A DNA stretch of 64,000 nucleotides from an uncultured Limibaculum sp. (GTDB lineage: Bacteria > Pseudomonadota > Alphaproteobacteria > Rhodobacterales > Rhodobacteraceae): positions 196,954-260,953 of the forward strand of contig CATOTJ020000002.1 of assembly GCA_951813525.2 (NCBI GenBank), in the 5' to 3' direction. How positions within the stretch are numbered: the stretch's first letter is position 1; each line of letters opens with the position of its first letter. This document shows, one piece after another, positions 31,261-39,765 of the stretch. A program made the translations under genes and the position numbers. The notes under the pieces were generated by a model. The model worked only from the letters and a program-made list of their open reading frames with translations. It was not told the DNA's origin and did no database searches.

Positions 31261-31893
31261 ATGCAAACACCAAACTTACCCGCCATTCGCCCTCAGCGCC
31301 CAGCCTGGAATAAGGGACGGCTGGTTGGTCAGAAACGCCCGTTGATGCCGAAACATGTCTGGGCCATCCGTGTTCGGCTTGAGATCGCAGAAAACCACCG
31401 TGACCTTGCCTTGTTCAACACCGCGATCGACAGCAAGTTGCGCGGACGCGATCTCGTGCGGCTCCAGGTGGCTGACGTCTTTGCAGCAGGACAAGTCAAG
31501 GAACGAACCTCGGTGCTGCAGAGTAAAACGCAGAAACCGGTCAAGTTCGAGCTGACCGAAGGCACGCGCAAATCGATTGCGCAGTGGCTGAAGGACCCTC
31601 GGATGACCGGGCAGGAGTTCCTATGGCCGGGCCGGTTCCACGAACCCGTGCATATCTCGACGCGCCAATACGCTCGTCTTGTCCGAGATTGGGTCCAGTC
31701 GATCGGCTTGGAGCCAAGCGCATTCGGCACGCATTCAATGCGCCGTACAAAGGTCGCGCAGATCTATCGTAAGACTGGGAATTTGCGAGCGGTGCAACTT
31801 CTGCTCGGACACACAAAGATGGACAGCACTGTTCGTTACCTGGGTGTCGAGCTCGAAGATGCACTGGCAATTTCCGAAGCCGTCGAGCTCTGA
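31261..31893 (+). CDS. Minimal tyrosine recombinase (210 aa, catalytic domain only)
   Basis: SKLRG (R), HSMRR (HxxR), LLGH, TVRY; N-terminal WNKGRLVGQK motif. Confidence 0.9.
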   Translation: MQTPNLPAIRPQRPAWNKGRLVGQKRPLMPKHVWAIRVRLEIAENHRDLALFNTAIDSKLRGRDLVRLQVADVFAAGQVKERTSVLQSKTQKPVKFELTEGTRKSIAQWLKDPRMTGQEFLWPGRFHEPVHISTRQYARLVRDWVQSIGLEPSAFGTHSMRRTKVAQIYRKTGNLRAVQLLLGHTKMDSTVRYLGVELEDALAISEAVEL

Positions 31894-31900
31894 AGAGGAT

Positions 31901-31923
31901 GGGCCGCTCGTTGTGGGCGGCCC
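31901..31923 (+). terminator. GC hairpin after recombinase
   Basis: GGGCCGC-N9-GCGGCCC; weak U tail. Confidence 0.45.
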
Positions 31924-32437
31924 TTAGCAGACCATGGCGCTTCGCTCAACGAATGACAGGAGTCAGCCCAGACTTAAATCCCCCTTCTGACGGATGGGCT
32001 GCGAAACGCCCATTCGCTGGCTGCACATGGTGTTCCCGGACTTATCTCAAAAGCGGTCATACAAGCGCCATAGGCCCGACTGAAACCGTCAGATGTCGGC
32101 TTCGAGCCCATATTGACTGAGGCTGCATCTGGGCTGGCCGGCATTAAGGGTGCCAGACCGGACATTCTACTGGCCTGGGTTACAAGAAGACCTGAACCAC
32201 TGCAGACATCATGGATCGAGTAGACAACTGGACGGATCAGCAACACCTTAGGGCACATCTTCGTTTCCAGCTCCATGTCAACGGTGCAATGCAATTGGAA
32301 AAGACGAATTCGGGCATCGCGGTCTATCTGAATTGAGACGTTGAGCGCACATCAAGAAGATGAGAAACGCAAAATCCGTCGACAATTGATGTCGTAGGCC
32401 ACAAGCTCGGGAGCACTTTTAAAAAGGGGTTGAATCT

Positions 32438-33019
32438 ATGAAGGCCATTCTCAAAATCAGCGCCTTTGTGGCTGTCTTTTTTGCATCGTCTGCAGCTTGG
32501 GCCGCTTGCACAACAGATGTCAGAAAAGACGATTTGACAGATGAGCAGGTTCAAAGCCTGTACGACTGCGTGAAAAGCGAGCTGCGAGATGGTTATGCAT
32601 CAAGAGGCGAACCTTTGACGAAAGAATACCAAGGATGGAGAGCAGCTACAAAGCTTCCTGGTATTTCACGCGTTCACGGCAAGCGCTTCCTGATGATCTT
32701 TGCTAACAATGTTGCGTTCGACGAATATGTCAAATTCTCTCAATATCGCGGGGCTATGCCTGTCGGATCAATTCTCGCAATGGAAAGCTTCAACGTGACC
32801 AAAAGGGGCAAGGTTAAGCGCGGCCCACTGTTCCTGATGACAAAAGTTGAAACCGGCGGTGAGCAAGCAACATTTGGCAACTGGCTTTACATGGCTTTCA
32901 GGCCAAGTGGCAAAACCATGAAAGTCAAGCAAAGCCTTTGCCATCGTTGCCACGGCAATTTTGTCGAACAGGATTCACTGGGTTATCCATGGGAAGAAAA
33001 CCGGGTTTCAACTAACTAA
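32438..33019 (+). CDS. Cytochrome P460 / c'-beta family protein
   Basis: Signal peptide, YQGWR, P.GSILAMES, GNWLY, C-terminal CHRCH. Confidence 0.8.
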   Translation: MKAILKISAFVAVFFASSAAWAACTTDVRKDDLTDEQVQSLYDCVKSELRDGYASRGEPLTKEYQGWRAATKLPGISRVHGKRFLMIFANNVAFDEYVKFSQYRGAMPVGSILAMESFNVTKRGKVKRGPLFLMTKVETGGEQATFGNWLYMAFRPSGKTMKVKQSLCHRCHGNFVEQDSLGYPWEENRVSTN

Positions 33020-33788
33020 GACCATTCGCCTTTTGATGGAGCATTCAAAGGGTTACGCACCTACGCTTACGACGCATGACGGTTCATGGTACTTCCCGCC
33101 AGTAGGCCGGACGGCAGCTTTCGGGGGAGGATCGTGAATCCGAGTTTCATGCTCGACGGCGGCTTTGTCCCGATTGTGTGAATTCGCTTCGCCCTGACCT
33201 TCGCACTCGCCGCGAATGTCGGCAAACGAGAACGCGACCGCAACGATCAGAGGAGTTGGCAAACCGCAGTAACGAACCGTCCACGCTTTTCGACCATGTC
33301 CGCTTCCTGCGCGTTGCTGACGTTTAACGCGTGCTCGTCGAACTTCTGCTCGCCAGAAATGTCGGAGATAAATCTGAGCGTCAACACTCACGCTGTCGGA
33401 TGTCTGCTCTAGCAGTTCTACCAAGATCGGTGTTGCGGAGCAGCGAACGGCTCCTTCCCGCCAAACTCCCATAATGCGCCACGGTTTTGCGAACATTTCG
33501 CACACAATTTTACCCAGTTTCGGCTCATTCCCGATCATACTTGTGAAGGTCTGGTTAGCCGTTCGGTCGATCGCGCCGCTCGAACAGTGCTCGCGCCACC
33601 AAAAGCACATCGGTATGCTCAAAATCCTCGAGTTCTTCCCTGAATGGACTGGACTTCAGCGTCACGTGAAGCGTGAGTGTTCTTGCGCTGAGGGGCGGGC
33701 ATTCCCCCGACCTGGCACAGGCCCGGAAAACCCGGGCTCGTCTCAGTAGGAGCAGCGGGATTGGCCCGCGGCCGACACGGAGACGAAC

Positions 33789-34145
33789 ATGACCACGCAA
33801 ACCAAGCCCGCCACGAACCGGTCCCGCAGCAAGCCTGCGTCGCAGCCAGCAATACGAACGGCAGTGAAGGCGCGGCGTTCGCCGAAGGCAGACTCGGACG
33901 CCAAGGTTGAGAACGCCGCGAAGCCCCAGACCAAACGGGCGCAGTTGATCGCGCTTTTAGGCGCAAAGACGGGTGCTGACATCGAAGCCCTGAGCAAGAC
34001 GCTCGGCTGGCAGCAGCATTCGATCCGCGCCGCGCTTACTGGCTTGCGCAAGGCGGGCTTCGAGATCGCCCGCGAAACACCCGCCAGCGGCGGCGCGGCG
34101 CGCTACCGGATCACGGCCAGGCCGGAACCGGTCGCCGCACAATGA
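33789..34145 (+). CDS. DUF3489 winged-helix protein
   Basis: TKRAQLIALL...LGWQQHSIRAALTGLRK...YRI. Confidence 0.8.
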   Translation: MTTQTKPATNRSRSKPASQPAIRTAVKARRSPKADSDAKVENAAKPQTKRAQLIALLGAKTGADIEALSKTLGWQQHSIRAALTGLRKAGFEIARETPASGGAARYRITARPEPVAAQ

Positions 34146-34579
34146 CGACCTTGGAGGACAAGCAAGAGGGGGTGGCCCGCAAGATTGCGGGCCTCGCCGA
34201 TCTCGAGCGCGATGAACTGGCCGCACGCTGGGAAAAGGTCTTCGGGCGCCGTGCCCCGTTCAAGCTGTCGCGAACGATAATCGAGAAGGCATTGGCCCAT
34301 GAGATCCAGTGCAAGGCCTTTGGCGGGCTCTCGCGATCGACGCGTAAGGCCCTGCGCTTGGCTCTTGGCGCCGATCCCAACCCGGCTATCACTCGAACTG
34401 CCACACCGGGCGCCCGCCTGATCCGGGAATGGAACGGGCGGACCTATGAGGTCGATGTCGTCGAAGGCGGTTTTGAATGGGAGGGGCAGACCTGGCGCTC
34501 GCTCAGCCGCATCGCCCGCGAGATAACCGGAGCGAACTGGTCTGGCCCTAGGTTCTTCGGCCTGACCGGCAAGTCATGA
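34142..34579 (+). CDS. DUF2924 protein
   Basis: PGARLIREWNG, SLSRIAREITGANWSGPRFFGL. Confidence 0.85.
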   Translation: MTTLEDKQEGVARKIAGLADLERDELAARWEKVFGRRAPFKLSRTIIEKALAHEIQCKAFGGLSRSTRKALRLALGADPNPAITRTATPGARLIREWNGRTYEVDVVEGGFEWEGQTWRSLSRIAREITGANWSGPRFFGLTGKS

Positions 34580-36234
34580 GCCGGGCGCAAAAGATCCGCT
34601 GCGCGATCTACACCCGCAAATCCACCGAAGAGGGCTTGGACCAGGAGTTCAATTCACTGGATGCCCAGGCCGAGGCCTGGGCGGCCTACATCGCCAGCCA
34701 GAAGCACGAGGGTTGGATCGCGCTTCCGAACAGCTACGATGACGGTGGGATTTCTGGGGGATCGCTGGAACGGCCTGCGCTGCAGCGCCTGCTGGCCGAC
34801 ATCGACGCCAGCAAGATCGATCGGGTGGTGGTCTACAAGGTTGATCGGCTGACACGATCTCTGACCGACTTCTCGAAGCTGGTCGAGCGCTTCGATGCGG
34901 CCAACTGCTCCTTCGTCTCGGTGACGCAATCGTTCAACACCGCAACCAGCATGGGGCGGTTGACGCTCAACATGCTGCTGTCGTTCGCGCAATTCGAGCG
35001 CGAAGTCACAGCAGAGCGCATCCGCGACAAGATCGCTGCGTCGAAGCGCAAGGGCATTTGGATGGGTGGGAGTGTCCCCTTAGGATACGATGCCAAGGAC
35101 AGAACACTGGTGACGAACGAGGGCGAAGCCCAGACGGTTCGGCAGCTGTTTGCGCTCTATGACCAACACGGCTCGGTGCGGGCAGTGGCCGCGGAAGCCG
35201 ATCGCTTACGTCTCACAACGAAACAGCGGGTCGGGAGCAATGGCGAGATCACCGGCGGCACATCGTTCAGCCGCGGCCACATCTACCACCTGCTGTCGAA
35301 CCCGATCTATATCGGGCGCATCCGGCATCGTCAGGAAACCTATGACGGACTGCATTCGGGAATCATCGCGCAGGATCTCTGGGACCGGGTTCAAGCAAAG
35401 CTTGCCGCCAACGCGGCCCGTTCCAAACGCCGCGAAACCGCAGCATCACCTTCTCCCCTGGTTGGAAAGTTCTTCGATGAGATCGGTGATGCTCTGACGC
35501 CATCGCACGCCGTCAAGAATGGGCGGCGTTATCGCTACTACATCTCGCACCGTCTGATCGCACGGAGCGGCGAGGACCAAATCGATGGATGGCGCCTGCC
35601 AGCCAAAACGCTGGAAGAGGCAGTTGCGGGATTGATCACAACGTTCCTGAAAGATCCGAAGACACCATCAAAAGTGATTAGGGATGCAGATGTCGCGGAG
35701 ATCGCCAGCGCACGACGCATCTTCGAACAGATCGAGAAGGCCCTTGGATCGCCCGACGCCGATACCATTCTGACCACGCTGATCTGCAAAGGCAAAGTTG
35801 CAGCTAGCGACCTGAGCATTGTTCTGGATACATCGAACTTAGCATCCCACCTCCAGTTATCCGTCGCCCGGCTCAACCCAGATGCCGTGATCCTGAACAG
35901 CTGCTTCGTGCTTCGCAAACGCGGTGTCGAAGCCAGGATGATCCTGAACGATCAGGCACCAGTCGTTGACAAACTGCTGTTGCACACCACGGCCCTTGGC
36001 CATGCGTGGCTTGACGATCTCAAGCAGGGCATCACGATCAAACAGATCGCCGAGCGGGAAAACATCACCCGCCAGCGCGTTGCAGCTATTATCGAACTGG
36101 CATTCCTCGCACCTGACATCGTTCAAGACATCGTGGAAGGTCGCCAGGACCCTGCTCTCACGACTGACGCCCTGCTTAAATCCCAGCGCCCAATGCACTG
36201 GGATCAGCAGCGCGCGCGAGTCTCCAGACTCTGA
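34576..36234 (+). CDS. Large serine recombinase (island integrase), 552 aa
   Basis: YTRKS catalytic Ser, VYKVDRLTRS, FAQFERE, recombinase domain, PLGY. Confidence 0.93.
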   Translation: MSRAQKIRCAIYTRKSTEEGLDQEFNSLDAQAEAWAAYIASQKHEGWIALPNSYDDGGISGGSLERPALQRLLADIDASKIDRVVVYKVDRLTRSLTDFSKLVERFDAANCSFVSVTQSFNTATSMGRLTLNMLLSFAQFEREVTAERIRDKIAASKRKGIWMGGSVPLGYDAKDRTLVTNEGEAQTVRQLFALYDQHGSVRAVAAEADRLRLTTKQRVGSNGEITGGTSFSRGHIYHLLSNPIYIGRIRHRQETYDGLHSGIIAQDLWDRVQAKLAANAARSKRRETAASPSPLVGKFFDEIGDALTPSHAVKNGRRYRYYISHRLIARSGEDQIDGWRLPAKTLEEAVAGLITTFLKDPKTPSKVIRDADVAEIASARRIFEQIEKALGSPDADTILTTLICKGKVAASDLSIVLDTSNLASHLQLSVARLNPDAVILNSCFVLRKRGVEARMILNDQAPVVDKLLLHTTALGHAWLDDLKQGITIKQIAERENITRQRVAAIIELAFLAPDIVQDIVEGRQDPALTTDALLKSQRPMHWDQQRARVSRL

Positions 36235-36408
36235 ACATCGCCAAACCGGGAAAGGGACTCGTGGAAACCGGGTTCTGAGATTGCGTCGAGAACATTGGCA
36301 GATCTGAGACCCAGACGAGTCTCAAACCTCACCGCCGACCCCCTAAGCCACGGAATACACGGTACTATTCGTGTTGAGGGGGTGAGATCGGCGTGCGGAG
36401 AGAAAGCG

Positions 36409-36499
36409 TGGCGGGCAGGATGGGATTCGAACCCACGAGACCCTTTTGGGGCCTACTCCCTTAGCAGGGGAGCGCCTTCGACCACTCGGCCACCTGCCC
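36409..36499 (-). tRNA. tRNA-Ser(GCT)
   Basis: GGGCAGG/CCTGCCC acceptor stem, CT-GCT-AA loop, long variable arm, GGTTCGAATCC, encoded CCA. Confidence 0.96.
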
Positions 36500-36842
36500 A
36501 CCGGGGCTATGCCTGAGATTTAAATGGCATGTCAATGGTTCGCGGTTTCTCATCTGCAACATTCCCGCGCAGAAACGAGCACGAACGCGCACGACAGAGC
36601 GGCAAGATTTGGATAACGCGGTTCTGGCGATGTTCCGAAGACGGCCCGGTGACCACGACGCAGAGATCACAGATGGCGGTCGATTGTGCCCCGCACCGTT
36701 TCAAGAGCGGTGGTCCCATAGATGCGGACCGTCTACGTTGATCAGATCGGCCCGAACGCCTGAAACGAAGGCTCCCCATCCCCGGTCTACATAAGCGGAT
36801 CCGGGTGCGTCTGAGGGCCGGCAAGTGCCTCGCGCACGTTTC

Positions 36843-37200
36843 TCAGACGATCAACCACCTCCGAGATTTTGAGATTCCGGTATCATTCGATGGCAGCCCG
36901 AACCTCATCGGACAAGCGATCTGAAAGGGTAGCACGCAGGCCTTCGAGATCCGCTTTGAGTGCCGAAGTTTCTGCCTCTCGGCATTCGCATGCGTCTTTG
37001 GTGCAGGACAGGGAGACTCGGTGCCCCTACGATGCGGTCGGTACTTTGGCAGGTACCGCAGTACCGCGTGGGCAATGAACTCCGTTCCATTGCCTGAACG
37101 GATGTGGGCGGGCAGGCCGCGTAGGATGAACAGCTCCGAATACGCGTCGACAGCATCGAGTGAGTTCAGCATTCGATTGACCCGGATCGCTAAACAGCTC
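36843..37200 (-). pseudogene. IS3-family orfB fragment
   Basis: SCLAIRVNRMLNS...LFILRGLPAHIRSGNGTEF (degenerate SDNG). Confidence 0.7.
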
Positions 37201-38361
37201 CGGCTGCGTTCCTCCAGATTGTTCAGCGCCTTTAACGCCTTGCCGTCATCCCTCGACCGACGGGCGACGCGAAGCATCGATGAGAGGTGGTTCGGCAGTC
37301 GACGAAGCCGTAAGACCCCTTGCCCGGCAGTCGTTTGCGAAGCATAGTGGCGAGAGGGGCCCTACCGGAGTCGGCCTCTCTTTGGTTGTTTCATCGGCAC
37401 TTTTAACCCCACCCGCTGCCACAGGCGCAATGCCGCCGATTTTGTGAGCAGCATCGATTGCTGTCGGCCCATATGGCCGTGAGTGTGGCAATTCAGCTTA
37501 GGCGTAGATTGCTGGAACTTATTCGGGCATTTTACTACCCTCGGATTAATGTGATTTCGATTCCAAGCCCGAAGCTGGATATTATAAACAAAATCATCGT
37601 AACGGGCAGCTTGGGCCAGTTGCTCTTAAGTAAATAAATATCGTATATAATAAACACTATTTTTGGGAGAAAAATTAGAATAAAAATATGTATAGCTACT
37701 GGTAGTTTTTAAAGCGCGCAGAAATAGATCTTCGAATTCTAAGCCAAGAATCATTATAACGCTATTATATAGTTGGATGATATGGTCATTAAAGTAGAAA
37801 GACAAATATCAAATACGTTAAGTGCAAAAACAGTAAGAATTGTCGATAACAGATCAATTTTTGGTAGCCTCTATATCGGCCATTCTTAGCTTAATAATCC
37901 AAGTTCAGCGAGGAGAAATTCTTGGTATTAATGCGAACCCACTATTTTCAAGCGTCGGGGCGCCTAAATTGGGCGCATCCTCGAATATCGGTAGATGATC
38001 GATATTGACCCAACCAGCTTTCTTTGTCCCAGGACGTAGTGCGACAAAACAGGAAACGATCCTTGTAGAATTGTCGTGGCCCATACGATCGTCAATTCGC
38101 CCAACAATACGCATCAACGGTCGTGCTGAATCTTTCGCGCTTCCGACCCAAATATGACCTGTTTCAATTTTTGTCAGGCCTCGCGAATTAGCAGTTTCGC
38201 CCAGTCTATAAAATGCCAGTTCAATCTGCCGAGCATATTTGGTCGAACGTCAAACAAAGTCCCGGTTGCCGACAAATTCCAAGCCAAGGATTTCGCGGTT
38301 GAAGCGATTGGCGGCAAACCGGCGCGCAGGCGCAACAATCTGGGCATTGCTGTACGTCGTG

Positions 38362-39704
38362 TGTGGATGGCTCCTGCATTGCAAGGACGAATTTGTCTAT
38401 CGCGCGTCGTGTCAGTACAGTCGTGTGTCCGGCCTGTTCGCGCGGTGACATGTAGTCTCCGCTGGCCTTGATGATTTCCGCAGGCAAGGCTCCATTCGGC
38501 AAAGCGAACTCGGAGGTCCGCGGACATTCCCGGAGTGTCCTGGCCTTTGGCTGACTATGCGTGCATCAGTTCATTCGTCTTGCATCTCGTGGGCGGCGCG
38601 TATCAGAACGCAGGCGCCCGGTATTCAGTTCCTTTCGCAAGCAGCGCCCAGATCACCCTGGCTGTCTTGTTGGCCATGGCGACGGTGGCGAGCCTGAATG
38701 GCTTCTCGGCGATGATGTTTGCGGTCCAAACGTCCGTGCGTTCGGGATGTGTTCGGGCGAGCAGCCCGCGGGAGGTCATGCCAGCGACCAGTAGCCTTCT
38801 GATGTATTGATCGCCTTTCTTCGTGATTTTACCTAGCCTCTCTTTACCACCGCTTGATCGGTTCAGTGGTGTGAGTCCCAACCAAGCAGCGAGGTCCCGG
38901 CCTGTTTTGAATTGCTTCGCGTCGCCGATCGTCGTGACGATCGCTGACGCTGTGATTGGGCCAACACCAGGGATTCTCTGAAGTCGGCGACAGCGTTCGT
39001 CGAGAAAGGCATGCTGCTCGATTAGTCGAGTGTAAACTTCGGCGCGTTGGTTCACGGCGAGGATATGGTCGCACAGGCTCCAGATCGTTGGCAGGCTTAC
39101 CTCAGGCAGACCAGCGTGTTCTCCGTCAATGAACTCCTGCGCGAACTTCAGCGTCGCTTCAATTCCCGTCGGCAACACGTGGCCGAACTCCCGAAGAACG
39201 CTTCGCACCATATTCGCGAGCTGGGTGCGTTGGCGAATGACTAAGTCCCGTGAGCGGTGAACCGCCAGGAAAGCCTGCTGATCTACCGTCTTTATCTTCA
39301 CAAACCTCATCGTGGGGCGGCGAACCGCTTCGCAGATGGCCTCCGCATCGACTGCGTCCGTCTTTCCCCGTTTGACATATGGCTTCACATAGAACGCGGG
39401 CATCAACCGGACATCATGTCCAAACTTACTGATCTCTCGGCCCCAGTGGTGTGCTGAGCCGCAAGCTTCCATGCCGACAACACATCTTGGCAGCCGGTCA
39501 AAGAACTTCAGCAAGTCCTTGCGTTTGATCGTCCGATTGAATGCAACCTCACCGGACTCAGAAATTCCGTGAACTTGGAAAACATCCTTGGCCAGGTCGA
39601 GGCCGATTGTGGCAACTTGCATGGGGTGGCTCCTCTCTTGCAGATGATGACATCTGCACTATGGCGCATTGCGACGCCGTTGGAGCAGGAGCCATCCACC
39701 CCAT
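38362..39704 (-). mobile_element. IS110-family, IS1111-subgroup element (ends approximate)
   Basis: Perfect 15-bp sub-terminal IR GTGGATGGCTCCTGC at 38363..38377 and 39685..39699; long 3' non-coding end. Confidence 0.88.
38603..39622 (-). CDS. IS110/IS1111 DEDD transposase/recombinase
   Basis: GLDLAK, MEACG, KTDAVDAEAI, PGVG, GLTP..SSGG motifs. Confidence 0.95.
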   Translation of the reverse strand: MQVATIGLDLAKDVFQVHGISESGEVAFNRTIKRKDLLKFFDRLPRCVVGMEACGSAHHWGREISKFGHDVRLMPAFYVKPYVKRGKTDAVDAEAICEAVRRPTMRFVKIKTVDQQAFLAVHRSRDLVIRQRTQLANMVRSVLREFGHVLPTGIEATLKFAQEFIDGEHAGLPEVSLPTIWSLCDHILAVNQRAEVYTRLIEQHAFLDERCRRLQRIPGVGPITASAIVTTIGDAKQFKTGRDLAAWLGLTPLNRSSGGKERLGKITKKGDQYIRRLLVAGMTSRGLLARTHPERTDVWTANIIAEKPFRLATVAMANKTARVIWALLAKGTEYRAPAF

Positions 39705-39765
39705 CCGCAGAGGGCCGTTCACTTCGGCTTTCATGTCAGACCTTGGCAATCTGCGGACGGCGAAA

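Larger units (their letters stand above)
13512..36414. mobile_element. ~22.9 kb serine-recombinase island B integrated at the tRNA-Ser 3' end, carrying terminase and methylase
   Basis: TGGCGG direct repeats at both ends, one being the tRNA 3' end; recombinase adjacent to the tRNA. Confidence 0.82.

Noticed and set aside
31261-31893. Classical integron integrase with attC array
   Set aside because: Protein is 210 aa without the IntI-specific insertion, and I could not find regular RYYYAAC/GTTRRRY-bounded sites.
33053-33622. 189-aa minus-strand ORF
   Set aside because: No recognisable motif or RBS; composition looks like decayed intergenic DNA.
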